Source of the DNA: Rhodosorus marinus CCMP1338 | Lineage: Eukaryota; Plantae; Rhodophyta | DNA: 64,000 bases | Reading direction: 5' to 3' | Assembly: GCA_029953675.1 (NCBI GenBank) | Contig: JAMWBK010000001.1 | Location: 310,001 to 374,000, forward strand | In this document: one piece after another, positions 21,571 through 34,210 of the stretch | Numbering within the stretch: position 1 is the first letter of the stretch | How the letters are laid out: every line of letters begins with the position of its first letter | The notes under the pieces: generated by a model | Told to the model about the DNA's origin: nothing | The model's input: only the letters and a program-made list of their open reading frames with translations | Database searches by the model: none | Program-made: the position numbers and the translations under genes

Positions 21571-23755
21571 TTAGCTTGTAGAATCGACGAGGACTCTGAG
21601 GTCGTTTCGCTCTGATCCATCATTTGTGAGCGGTTGGCGGCTGTCGTCCACGGCCTTCAGAGTATCCTCCTGTATAGCTTCTTGCGACGACTTGAAAGTA
21701 AAGAGTGTTAGAGCACGAATCGCTGATTCGGTGTCATCCTGGAACATTCTCACGGCTGTCGGTGCTGAAAGTTTGGTATTGAAGAGCGCGTCAAGAGTCC
21801 TCTGTGAGTACACTTTTCCTTCGCTCTTGTGCATTGGTTCTAATGGAGTAATCCATTTCTTCCCTAAACCACTGTCGACTCGCTGCCCGGCGCGAATCGT
21901 CATTTGGAAAAGGTTCTCGCTGTACTTGCTTTTAAAGGTCGTCATCCTAGTGGTTCTAAGGTTGAGCTTTCCAAGGGCCTGGTAGGCCTCCCCGTCAATT
22001 TGTTGATCTTTGATCAACTTAAGATCCTTGGCCACTTCGTCCATCAGATCCAGTTCACAATTGGCATGCAGCCTCATTGAGAAAAACTCATTGTCCAACC
22101 TTAACCCGTCACGCTCTGCTTGCTGCACAACTTTGCTTAGCATTTGGAAGTCGCCTAGCATGCGATATCCATTGGCCAGGATTTTTACGGTTGACCTGTC
22201 CGGACCATGGGGAAATTGCTTCAACAGTTCCTCAAAAGCCGCCTCCATAACCGACGCGCTTCCGACGAGGCTGGCGGCGGTCAGGATTCCTTTCAAAACT
22301 TCTCGGTTTGATTCCAGCTTCTCCGCTTCCTTCAACGCCTGGTGGCCTTCACCGTTCAGAGTTTTCGCGTACACGAATGCTGCCCGGACTTGAACCGTGG
22401 GTCTGACTAACCTCTTCTTCAACTGCTGCAGGAAAATCTTAGTCCACTGGTAGTCACGCTTCTTCGCCGCTGTGACGAGCTGGAAACACACGGTATCCGC
22501 GTCCAACTCCACTCCCTTTTTAAGGGCATGCTCGGAGATAGCATATGCTCTCTCGAATTCACCCCTCCTCGCAAACGCGTTCGTCAGTATAGCAAATGTT
22601 TCGGCGTCTGGTTCGATTTGAAACCTCTCCCGCATGGACCTGTAAGCGAGCCAAAGACGAGTCATGTAGGCGCTGCGGTCGTACACGCGAAGCAGCAAGT
22701 TGAACATCTTGACTGAAGCTTTCCCATCCTCGATGAGCCCAGGTATTCTCGTGAAAAAGGCAGTAGCCGCCTCTGGCTCTCGCTCCATAGCGAAAATCGC
22801 GAGCATCGATTCGACCACGCTAGGCTTAACAGCAGGGTTATTCTGCTGTATCTGGCTGAAGACTTCACGCGCTTTAGCAAAATTCTTCTGCTTTGCGTGG
22901 GAGAGCATTAACAAACGATCACAAGTTTGGTCGGGCTGTAAGTTGTATAGGTACAGGTGGTCATACAATGTACAGAACTTGACGTGCTCATCTAAACCGC
23001 CAAAAAAAGATGGAAGAGAGGAAAGGGGAGATCAGCAATCTATTTCATGTAACTAAAACAACAGCTTACTTCAGACCACCAAAGCTGTCCTCACCAGTCC
23101 TCAGATACACTCTTAGCATGCTGTGAAATATGGAAAGCGGAGGGTCGAGCTTCTTCCTGGAACCCGTCATTATACTGTGAAAGATCATTTCCGCTTTTCG
23201 CGGAGCTCCACCCAACCCACAAGTGTCGATGAAATACTGTGCAATCTTATAGTTTGGGTGGATGTTGAATTGTTTCATGTGCTCTGTAATCTGCTCAATC
23301 CCAAATATATCACCTGTGGGTTGAAATAACTTGGCGACGGCCTCGAAAATCTGAATGGAGGGCATTCCCCCAGATCGCAGATAAGAATTATACATTCTCA
23401 GCGCGGCCTCGCGTTCGTCGAAGTGCGCCAGAAGCGTTATCATCATCCGAATGATCTCGCCGTGGGGCTGTATGTTCTCCGCCTTCATTAGCTCAAGGAG
23501 CTGAATGCCTTGCTTCAACTTTTTCCGCCTGAGAATGATGGACATGAAACTCCGCAGAAGGCCCCGCCCTGGTTTTCTGTGGTGAAGGATCTCATCCTCA
23601 ACCTTGTTCCGGAGTCTCTCGAATTCCTCATCGGTTGCCTCCTCGTATTTGAACGTCGCTAAAGAGGCCCTCTGGAACCTCTCCACTGAAACAGAGGATG
23701 GTCGGGACAACAGAGACCGTGAGATCCCTCGCAGAACTCCACGGCTACGAATCAT
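21571..23755 (-). CDS. Pentatricopeptide-repeat protein, probably mitochondrial (about 690 aa, 2 exons)
   Basis: Arg/Ser-rich presequence MIRSRGVLRGISRSLLSR. Tandem about 35-aa helical repeats (e.g. FNLLLRVY..., IEPDAETFAILTNAFARRGEFERAY). Intron 23094-22992 joins the two ORFs in frame. Confidence 0.85.
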
Positions 23756-24129
23756 CGTTTCTCCAGCTCAGCCCTTCCCAAGGTCCCGACGCCCGCTCAA
23801 CATTCTACTACCACCATACACTCCATTCCGCCCAGAATCAAGGAAAGTCTGCCAGACAAAAAAGGAGCAAAACTGACAACTTAAAAACTACTCTGAAACT
23901 TTTATTGTTGATTTGGAAACCTCGAGATCGCTCAAACAATATCTTCCCACTGGCGTTTCATTCCATCGTCCCCATCCATCCCCATTCATCGCCTGTCCCC
24001 ATGTGACAACTCAGGTTAGAATAATAGTATAATTTCGTTGGCCAAACTAAATTCTCATCCTTTTGGCCAGGTAGACGAGCCAGTTTTGGATTTAAGTTTG
24101 TATTTGCAGATTAATTTATTTAATTATTC

Positions 24130-24800
24130 AATATTCACGGCCGCAGCATCAAATTTCGAGGAGAAGTAGGCACTGGCTAAGCTCCGACGGATGATTCAGG
24201 GTGAAGTATGTGCAGCTACTGAGGCACGGAGCTTTTACAGACCAGGCTGTGTAGGATACCCAGGGCTATGAAAAGGTATTACTTTCATGTCAATTGCGAT
24301 TACTGAGGTTAACGCAAAAGAGTCCGCGGGCAAAAATTCTGAAGGAGATCCGAAGGCTGCGAGATCTTCGCCAGAGGATGTGGGAGTTAAAAAGGACTCG
24401 ACGCAGTATCCCTTGGAGTGATGTGTTATTTGATACCATAGTAATCGCAATTGACATGAGAGTAGTCCCGCTTCATCATCGTGATGGGACGCTGGTGAGG
24501 TAGAGTTGGATGATGTCTTGCAATGCTAGATGACGTACTGAAGACCTTCTCTGTGGATTTGCAAGGAGAGATATTGTGACGTTGAAGGGGTTTCTTGACC
24601 TTTGTTGATTCTATACGATCAGAATTGGTTGATTGTTTGATGCAGGGGTTCCGAGTTCATCACTACCTTTGCACTGATTCGTACGCCTTCGTGAATGAAA
24701 GGTTAGACGACTACATAGGTGCAACGCGTTGCAGGGCGGTCTTAAGATGTTTCCAGAGGAGCTAGCCGCCTAGTTCTCTACCTGGTAGAATTGAGAATTC
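24130..24800. mobile_element. Two back-to-back retroelement integrase-core relics forming an inverted repeat
   Basis: Perfect 20-bp inverted core 24285-24304 / 24440-24459. Opposite strands encode SVIAIDMKVIPFH and IVIAIDMRVVPLH. The plus copy continues ...LLCGFARR...DAGVPSS, like Gypsy rve. Confidence 0.5.
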
Positions 24801-25930
24801 GTACATCATCGGACTGCCGCCTTCGTGTCCGTCCACGTTGTCCTTATTGTTCGTACAAGGCGGTGAAGGATAGCTGAACCAACGGCTCAGGGACTGCAAC
24901 AGTCCACAGTTTTATCGTGTAAACCACAGGCACAGCTCATTTCCACGGATTGACAACTCTGATTCACGTGCTACCCTCCCTTCTTCACCCATCCAGAGTT
25001 GTAAATTCCTCTCACATAGTACAATACACTAATACCACTATTTCAGGTCCGGAAAGGATTTATCTAAAATTTAGAGGAAAATCATTGATTCAAATTTCTT
25101 TACCCCTAGGGTAGTATTCTACGGAGAAATATCCAGCTCTTTTTGAAATATTTGCTATCAATTCTGCATATCATGGTCTTCGTGGAACCCCCTGTCGAAC
25201 TAGTCCCAGATGTGTGCAGCCTCGTCTGAGCTAATGGAAGGCCTCCCCCTCAAAAATATATGAAAACAGGCAAAAACGGACGATGGTTGTAACATGGGGT
25301 GTCCTCAAATTTGGCCTGGTTGATTTTAGACAAAAACAAGGGGTTAGCGTTTCCAATGGATCTGCTTCGATCCTCATTTTTAACGAATTTTCTGGAGAGG
25401 AGATATATCCCGGAAGTTTCTATTTGATTAGAGAGAAGAAACGGATAACTGAAATCGGGGTTTTTGACTGCTTTCACATGGAATTTTGGATATGGTGGAT
25501 TTTGGGGTGTTCTTAGGAGCTTTTATGGCAAGGGATTCCTTTGAAGGTGTTTTTAAAGTGAAGCTAAAGAGAACCCTCTTTAGCATATGAGTTGGAGACG
25601 GAGCCGGTCTTTTGGGGGGGGGAGGGGGGAAGGAAAGTAGTTGAGTTCAGGATTGAGATTTGCGTGGAGTTTGGGGTTTACATTACGATTAAGAGTAGAC
25701 AGGAATTGACTGATAGAGTTTGGTGAGATCGGTTGAGTATGGCTGTTGAAAGAAGATCGAATTTGATCTAGGATTATCTGGGGGTGAGATTTTGTGCTGT
25801 TTTTGTCGGTTTGGGCGCCCGCGAGGAGATCCCGGGGGGGCGGGGGGCTCCTTGGTTTGACTAGATTTTTTGTTCCATTTATATTGGTGGAGTTTAATAT
25901 CTATTTTGGCCTGTCGACAAGGTCGCAGAC

Positions 25931-27865
25931 ATGAATAGCTCGTCGGCGGAGCCTCAGGGTTCTGCTTTTGAACCGCTGGAAATGGGATGCTCGAAGATTC
26001 TATTGAACAAATTGAGGAACCTGAAAAAAGCGATAGAGAAAGCGCACCATCTTGAGGAGGCACTACAGCGTGGAGAGAGTTTGAATGATCAGCAGCTAGA
26101 GTCCGTGCGAACGAAAGAGCTGAAGTCGGCCCTTGTCCGGGAATTGGAAGAAGTCCACAAGAAACAGAGTGTCGTCTTCAAAAAAGAAAAAGAAAACGTG
26201 AGGGAAAAGCTGCTCGAAGACTTCAAGCAATCGAATGCTCCTGAAGCCGAGGAAAAAGAGGTCTGGATCTAGGAACCAATATTACCCAGTCCTTAACTAT
26301 GGAATTTCTCTTAAAAAACAAAAATCAATGTTCAATCAAAACTGAGCAGGTGACGAAGCCGGAAGTAGAGGAGGGGACTGCACCCGAGCGGAAGGAACCA
26401 GCAAAAGAAGTTGCGACGAGCACAACCCAAGAGGCACAGTCGGTTGAGAGTGAGCAAGCCGCGGCATCCTACCCAGTACACCCACAGCCGCAACCTGAGG
26501 AGAATACGGGGCCAGAAGTCACCCAGGAAGTAAGTCTGCCGGTGCGGAGTACAAGTTTGGCCAACCAGAATGCAAGAATGCGATGCTGACTTGAATATGT
26601 CTCTCTGCTGATAGCTTCTCAACCTTTTGCACGTCGCGGATCGAATTAATCATGAGAAAGCAACGGTTAAAGCTGTGCTTGAGGACTTTGAGCGAAACGG
26701 AAAGCCGGGACTTTCCGAAACTACGTGTTCAGAGCAGGACCTGAAAGCCATCACCTACTTCGCCATGATGCTCACTACTCCGGATGGTGTGGTTCCACTG
26801 AACGAGGCAGTTCGAGTCTCAAGTTTCCACGCGGAGAACTATATCAAACGCTCTACCGAAGATGCGTTCCCAGGTTGCACCTACGCGAGCCTTGCGAGCT
26901 TGGTTTCGCAGGTGTCTGACACGGACACTCTCCAGAACCGCAACCCACAGGACAAAGCGGCGTCAACAGAGTCCACGGAGGATAAGTCCAAAACTGTGGT
27001 CCAGGACTCTGCGCCAGCACCGACATTCAACTTTTTTGCCCAACCTGAAGCTTCCGTAAGGACGTTCCCACTTGATATACAGGAATACCGATCAGCTTAA
27101 ACCTCGCTTGTACTGAACTAGCTCACTCCAATTACCCTTCTGACAGAGTGAGGTGACGTTGGAGTCAAGCATGGCTCATCAGGGTATGGGATTACCGATG
27201 ATGGTCGAAAACAACCAGCTACATGGAGGAAGCCTTGAAGGTCTAGACATGGTACAGAGCTCTCATGCGATGCAGCCGCCTCTTCAAGCTGTTGGGATGC
27301 AATACTTTGGCTCGCATCCGACTGCTGGACCGGTGTACAGAGCTCCTGTGGCCCCGGGCTACATCATCCAGGGACCAATGCAAGGGCACATGCAGGGTCA
27401 CATACCAAACTATTACTCTCCGAGTCCTATGGGAGTTGTTCCACCTTCAGGTATGATGAAGTACTTCAGACGCGAGATTCTGTGAAATGCTCACCGCCAA
27501 ACCAAATTTTGGTGGGTTTAGATCAGCGAAGGGGAAGCGGACGGGGTCAGGGCCGCGGTGGTGGCAGTAGTTCGGGTAGGGGCGGACGTGGAAATGGACG
27601 CCGGGACACAAACGGAGCTAGTGGTGCACGCGGGTCTGACAGAGGAACATTCCAAGGAACCAAGAAGACTTACGGGTATAGACCTCAACTGAGCGTATCG
27701 AAAGCTCATGTTAGTTTGTCTCGAACGCTCACCGCGGATCCCTTTGTTCTATCTTTTCTTTTCAGATCGTCCGGAACTAGCGCAAGCGCAGGCCAGAGTC
27801 AGCCCATAAACGCGGAGCTTTCGACAGCAAACACAGACTCTGCAAAGCCACACGCTCCCCAATAG
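25931..27865 (+). CDS. Caprin-like RNA-binding protein (coiled coil, dimerisation-like region, RGG tail)
   Basis: LLNKLRNLKKAIEK...LQRGESLNDQQLESV resembles the Caprin N-terminus. Middle helical region ends GCTYASLASLV. C-terminal GRGQGRGGG...GRGGRG. About 5 exons. Confidence 0.75.
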
Positions 27866-27999
27866 GCGGATTAATCGACTGATCCAAACCGTAATTGCCG
27901 CAGAGCCCCGTGCCAAGTGGGAACTGTTCACTGCAATGTGTGCTTGGTTCGATTGCCAGCGGGATATTTTGACTTTCTCAGCGAAAAGAACTCAAGAGA

Positions 28000-29520
28000 G
28001 ATAAATTAAGAGGAAGAGGAAAAACACGCGCCGTTCCAAGAGCATCAATGGAAATGAGCCTCCAATCCCAACCCCTCACATGTGATACCGTCATCACGAA
28101 GATGCAGCTGACATGAAAAGCTCACCCGAAGAGTTCGCTGACGCTGTTCAGGTTTCGGACTAGATATCCGAGAAAATTGTTGCCGACAGGTCGCCACTAC
28201 CACAGCAAGGTGACAGGCCCTGGGCACTACTCAGTCCGCACGTTTAGGAACGACTTTTTTTTTCCTTATTCGGCGTCTCAAGAACCAAGTAGCACCAACT
28301 GCAAGGGTCCACCGCTTAAATACCCGAGAGCAAGGAAGTTGCCCCTAGACCGGGATGAAACATCTACAAGTGCGAAGGCTGCTCGGGGAAAACCCACTGT
28401 GTCTATGCCAGAGGCAGTTCAAATCAGACACAGGGATACCGCCCGCTGGGTCTGAATTGGACTGCAAAGATTCACACCCGAACAAACTCCGTGCTCTTGT
28501 CTATTCCCGGTTCTATTCCTTCTCGGCGGGGGGTGTGGGATCTTTGGTATTCTCCTTGGAATAGCCAAGGGTAGAATCGCTGCCTTTGGCGTCGGCCCTA
28601 AAATGTATCTCTTAGCGATTTATGGTATCAAGCGCTGCTAGAGACTACTCATAATGTCCTCATGTACCCTAAAAGGCACCTCCTTCACAACACCGGACAC
28701 CTCACAACGTTAATGAAGACGTTCATCAGGCATGAGATGGAGGAGAATCCTTGAGATCTTTGCGCCACTGGAGACCTTTTAGAGTGGTTACAGCCCGCGC
28801 TAAGTCTGTGAAAGTCCGTGAAACCCCTCCCATGAAAATGAGCGCAGGGTTTAGAGTTTACTGCGACGTAGATAGAAAAAGTAGAAGAATAGACAGGGAA
28901 TAGAATAGAGGACAGAGTTTGCTTTGGGTGTAAATTGTGATAGTGGGTCGAATCCCCGCGTCTAATCTGGACCACCTTTGGCATAGAATCAGTGCCTCCG
29001 GGTGACCCACTTCTGAACTCAGACCTTTGCTCAGGTTGCCCTGCCCTCTTCCAGAAGGGGTTCGGCCTAGTTCCTCAAGTGGACCCCGGAGGAAGCTCTC
29101 CCCAAAGAGACGCCAGGCTTCTGTGGATCTTCAGCCCCAGCCTCTTAACCACCGCGATGCCATTCCTTCCAAGAACTGCCTCACACAATAGCTGAAGCTC
29201 TGCCCATGTCTAGGGTTTCATAGTGGGCACACGAGGAAAGCTCTTCCTCTAGCGCTTCACGCTGAAGTTCCTTTTGCTAGCCACGTCCCTGTTTTGCATC
29301 CTGCAGCTGGCAGGTCACTCCTGTAGACAGGTGAGAAGGTGAGAAGGGATATTTTCAAATACATTGACGGTACTATCCTCACATACCTTCATATGCATCC
29401 TCTGGACCATCCGCACGGATTCGTTGGACTTGCGATCAATTGCTCGCTTCGACGAGCTCCTCTATAGCAGCGAGAACAGCTTGGGATCCTAGCTATTTAC
29501 GTCCAGCCATCGCTTGAAAT
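28000..29520 (-). mobile_element. Decayed Gypsy-like gag-protease relic
   Basis: About 200-codon frame with about 6 stops (29520-28900), then CLI*TASG and, about 78 codons later, VGNNFL. That spacing fits the retropepsin D(S/T)G...ILGxDFL motifs. Confidence 0.4.
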
Positions 29521-29669
29521 AGTCTCAGAGTTAAAGTCATCGTCAAATGCTTATCTATGGAAACTCTGTTCGAGCATCTCCCACACAGCTCCAGCAGAAA
29601 ACCTTACGGCACATTTGTCATTGGCCGCAGCGTCCCAAAACCCTTTGGCCCGATTTTGTTGCCCCCACC

Positions 29670-29716
29670 GGGACAACATGGGACAACATGGGACAATATG
29701 GGACAGCATGGGACAG
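29670..29716 (+). repeat. 10-bp tandem repeat GGGACAACAT, about 4.5 copies
   Basis: gggacaacat gggacaacat gggacaatat gggacagcat gggacag, about 210 bp upstream of the SF3B4 ATG. Confidence 0.95.
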
Positions 29717-29927
29717 TTCTACGTCGCGTGAAAGTGGAAGAGACGGAGTGTTTTGGAGGTTTGAGTCGGTCGAAGACGGGGAGGGTTTGAAAAGTGAAGA
29801 GTTCAGTCTAAGAGGATTTATATCGAGCGAGCGTGGTGGTAAAATTGTGCATTTAAACTGTAACGGATTTCTGCTTGACATCGTGTGGATTGCAGATTCT
29901 TGTGTTCTTGGGAGCGCTTGATGAGAT

Positions 29928-31235
29928 ATGGCGGCGGGAAGCAGTTACATGCAGACTGCGAATGCAGCGGAGAGGAATCAGGAGGCTACTGTATTTGTAG
30001 GAGGGTTGGATGAGAAGGTCTCGGATGAAATTTTGTGGGAATTGATGATTCAGGCTGGGCCGGTAAAGCATGTGTACATTCCTCGCGATCGAATTACGAG
30101 GCAAGCCCAAGGGTACGGGTTTTGTGAGTTTCGCACAGAAGAAGATGCGCAGTACGCGGTAAGAATTCTAAACATGATAAAACTGTACGGCAAGCCGATC
30201 AAAGTACAACCGTCATCGGAGCACAAGCGAAACATGGAAGTCGGAGCGAACATATTCATTGGAAATCTAGATCCGGACGTCGATGAGAAGACTCTCCACG
30301 ACACTTTCAGTGCATTCGGACTTATTATCGAAACACCGCATATTATGAGGGATCCTGAAACAGGTAATTCACAGGGTTATGGGTTTGTCAAGTTCAATTC
30401 TTTCGAAGCCTCGGACGCCGCGATTGAAGCGATGAACGGTGGATTTATCATGAATCGGTCCATTGTAGTCCAATATGCATTCAAAAAGGACGGGCACAAC
30501 AAGGTCTGTTGCCCAGTTAACTAGCCTTCTCCCTGATCTGGGATCAGATTGTGCATAGCTCTGGAGAGCGCTGAACTGAACAAATTGTGATGTTTTCAAA
30601 TTTAACTCATAGGAACGGCATGGATCTCAGGCGGAGAGGCTACTGGCGGCTAAAGGACAGGATTCCCTCGCGAATTCGAGCAACGCTGGGAACTATGCTC
30701 CTCCTGGAGCAGGTGGAAGCGTCCAGAACCAGTGGCAAATGCCCCCCAGCGGACCGCCGCCACCAAGAGCTGGGGGCTACGGATATCCTGGAGGCTATGG
30801 AACTCCCGAAGGCGGCGTACAACCACCTCCGCCACCACCGCAGGGCCCGTCGGGTGCCCCCCCAGCTATGGGAATCCCAGCTCATGCTCCGCCATCTGGG
30901 CCAATGGGTCAACCTCCTGCGGTTCCTCCTCCGCTTCCAGCTCCAGCTGACCCGAGCGGGCAGATGCACCAAACATCGGCGATGCGTGCTCCTATGCCGC
31001 CACCAGCCCAGTATTCGCAACAGTACAATTCCACGGTGCAACCTCCGGCAGCTGAGTACGAAAGCACTGTGAACAACCAACCAACTCATGCATTCTATCC
31101 TCGAGGCTTACGTTCTCTCTTCTCGCTGTTTTCTTCAGAATGCCGCCTCCCCCTGGAGCACCAACGCGCCCGCCGCCTCCACCGGTTCCAAGACAGCCCA
31201 TTGAAAACATGCATCCACCTCCACCGCGAACTTGA
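29928..31235 (+). CDS. SF3B4: Splicing factor 3B subunit 4 (SAP49)
   Basis: [32 protein letters not shown] (RRM1), [26 protein letters not shown] (RRM2), [13 protein letters not shown], Pro-rich tail. 3 exons. Confidence 0.95.
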
Positions 31236-31855
31236 GCGCCCTGGTGGTGGCTGTTAGGTCGATACTTTCTGTTTTTATAACTAACAGACGTGACATATAT
31301 ATGTAAACTGACGGATTCGGGCACTCACGAACCGGTGAACCGCGTCATAACCCATCTTTTCTTGGTCGTTTGACAGGACGCTTTGAGACATGGACTGTGG
31401 GGATGTTTACCCAGCAGAAAGAAGCTTGGTGGTGTTCCTCGGTGGATGTTCGTTGGTGACACATGACTGGCGTACATTCACTGGGCAATCGTCGGGGGAG
31501 TGAGGCGCTACGTCGTAGCCTCAAGCTCAACCACTGCGGAGAGCAATTCTCTGCTTGGCCAGCAGATTTTCTAACCGGCTTTTTAAATTTGCGGATCCCA
31601 GCTCTCAAGAAGCACTAGTCCGCGGAGGTCCATTATCACCTGCGTCTGAGTTTATTTTCTAACTGCGTTATAGTCTACAGGATTAGAGAGGTGAGGAAGT
31701 CATACTGTTCGCGTCCTCACGCCCCGGTTGGAGAGTCAGTCTACGGCATCCCCACGAGAACGTGAGCGCATGGGTGCATTGGTTCACCCAGTTATCCACT
31801 TCCTTGAGATATATACATAAGTTTCTCCAATTCACAAGGTTAAGCATCCAATTCG

Positions 31856-33702
31856 TTACAATCCAAAGTTACGGAAGTTATCTGTCAAGTTTCCTGAAGG
31901 AGGGTATCCCGGTTGTTGCGGGTTGATCGGAGCCATCCCTGGATTCATTGGCTGTTGGATTGGTATCATCCCCGGAGGTGGAGCCATGCCTGGCGGAGGC
32001 ATCGCCATTGGCTGACCAGGGGGAGGTGCCATTGGAATTCCCGGAATTAGCTGCCCGGGCATGGGCTGTCCGGGCATAGGCTGCCCTGGCATAGGCTGCC
32101 CTGGCATTGGCTGCCCTGGCATAGGCTGCCCTGGCATTGGCTGCCCTGGCATAGGTTGTTGAATAGTCCCTGCGGGAATCAACACCTGGTGCGGTGCGGC
32201 CTGTACTGCAATGGGATGGGTACGGGCAGGCGGTGCCACATCAACTGGAATAAGCAGTTCTGCCTGTTCTCTGGTCAGCCCCTGTGATGAACTTTCGGCT
32301 GGAGGCTTCTTTCCTTTTGCCTTCCCCTTCTTAGACTTCCCCTTCGACTTTCTCTCCGGAGGGGAGTCATAGTCGCTTCCAGAATCCTCAGATTCTGATC
32401 GATCCTTCTTCTTCGTCTTCGATTTCGAAGACTTCTTGCTTCCCTTCCTTGTACCTCTCTCCCTCTCTTCATCAGTATCACGAGAATTGCTCGACGCCTT
32501 CTTCTTCTTAGTTTTCGAAGACCTCACTTGACGATCAGAGCCTGAATCTTCTGAGGAAACATGCTTCGAGCGTCTTGAAGACGTCGTTTTCTTTCGGCCG
32601 TCGTCCCTTGCTTCATCGTGACTCCTATGAGAAAATGCGTGGAGAAACGAAAAGCGTTTCATGGTCAGAGACAGCTACTTCTGAAGCGCTCAGGGCAAAT
32701 CGTAAGGATTTTATGTTGTGGACCAGCCACAGCGGTGTCCTCCGAGGAAAGGCAGATCCACCCATGAGGAATTTCCTGGAGAGGTTGTACCCGACCGCTT
32801 CCCCCATTTCAAGCGTGCAATGAGGCGAATACGTACCTTCTGCTGCGGTAATCATCATCATGATAATGATCGCTCGATCCTCTCCTATCTCTGCGAGATG
32901 CACCGTTCCGATCATCTCTGTACGGATCATTCATGTACGGGTCATCGATTGGAATCGATCTTGAAGGACCATAACTTGGTCTTCTGCCATATTCCGGTGG
33001 TGGTTGCCTCGAATTCTGTTGATACGGGTCCTGCGGGGCATACCGAGGCGGTGGCGGAGCTTCACGATAGTGCGGATCACGGTCATAATCACGGGGGTCT
33101 CCGTACCCTTTGCCCCCTAACGGTGGCGGAGGAGGTTGACTTCCCGAATAATTCGCAGTATCGAACTGCCATTGATTCATGGACTGCCCCCCGGGTGTGT
33201 ATCCACGTGCTCCTTGGGGTGGGCCATAACTCCCCCGGGACTCCAGCCGCGGTGGATAGTCTCCAGGTTGTTGAAAAGACCCTCCACTAGGAACACCTCT
33301 GAAGCTGGAGGAGCTTCTCCCTAACTTTTCTTCCCTCGACAGTTCCCATGAACCTTGGTACTTGAGGAAAATAAAAGCCCGACAAGATTCTAGGTCGCCG
33401 ATCCTCGGTAACTGCATAACATCCTTCTCGTAGGGGTCATACTTGGCCAAATACTTCCGGTTGCACCGATCATTCCCTACTGATTCAAGCCTCCTCAAGT
33501 CCGACTCCAGAATCACATCCTCGTCTATATTCCTTACGCTCCGTTTCTGGCTCCGATGAACCTCCGCACAAGTTTCACAAACAAAAGTTCCAATCTGCAC
33601 ACAAATATATCGAGGATCCTGACGCTCACAATCCGCACAAATATGATTCCCCGCAACACGCTGCAAATCTTGCATCCATCTCCTCCTATCCTCTTCACCC
33701 AT
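31856..33702 (-). CDS. ArfGAP-domain protein with long low-complexity tail
   Basis: GNHICADC...GTFVCETCAEVHR (C-x2-C-x16-C-x2-C-x4-R). Intron 32836-32625 joins the two ORFs. Ser/Lys-rich and Pro/Gln-rich C-terminus. Confidence 0.9.
32051..32155 (-). repeat. Coding 15-bp minisatellite, (QPMPG)x7, in the ArfGAP gene
   Basis: Seven near-identical CTGCCCTGGCATAGG units. Confidence 0.95.
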
Positions 33703-34168
33703 TTCTTCTTCGAAAGCGACTCACAGGCAGGCTGCCACACATTAAAAAAAAAAACACACCAAAAACCACCAACGTCTCAGAGCTCGTACAAAATCCGAAA
33801 TTCACTCAAATCTACGTCTCATTCATTACTGAAAACCCAAAACCCTCTGCCTCTCCCCGCAGCACAACGAAAACGTCTACTACACCTTCCTCCTTCCTCC
33901 ACAGTTGCATATATTCGTATGCTTACCTCCATCACACTTCCCCTTCCAATGGGAAGATAAAAAAGGCTTTAGCCGTCACTTCAGAATTATATCGATATCG
34001 AAGCTTTTCTTTCCGTCATATTTCTAAAGACCCATGATTTCGAGGTACAGTGCAGGTGATGTTTAAACGAAGTTTTAACTTTTCCTTCACTATATCCTGA
34101 CGGACTGTGACTTTATTTTTTGGAAAAAAAACGGTCGTAATGTAGCCTCGAACAACTTAGTGAATTGG

Positions 34169-34210
34169 GTGGGTTAGAGGGGGGGGAGGGGGGAGGGGGG
34201 AGGAAGGGGG
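34169..34210 (+). promoter_or_regulatory. G-run tract with G-quadruplex potential
   Basis: gggttagaggggggggagggggagggggg... has four or more G3+ runs. Similar tracts lie upstream of most genes on their sense strand. Confidence 0.4.

Noticed and set aside
24430-24760. Copia RNase H interpretation of the inverted relic
   Set aside because: The Gypsy integrase-core pattern (AID..P, GFA, GVP) fits both arms better, though this is not certain.
28623-28633. tRNA-Met primer-binding site TGGTATCAAGC (also ATGTATCAGAGC at about 647)
   Set aside because: Imperfect, on the opposite strand to the nearby gag-like frames, and no adjacent LTR end.
28930-28975. tRNA (T-loop-like GGTCGAATCCCC)
   Set aside because: No acceptor stem, D-arm or anticodon arm could be built.
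29670-29716. CRISPR-like array
   Set aside because: Contiguous 10-bp units without spacers, no cas genes, eukaryotic context.
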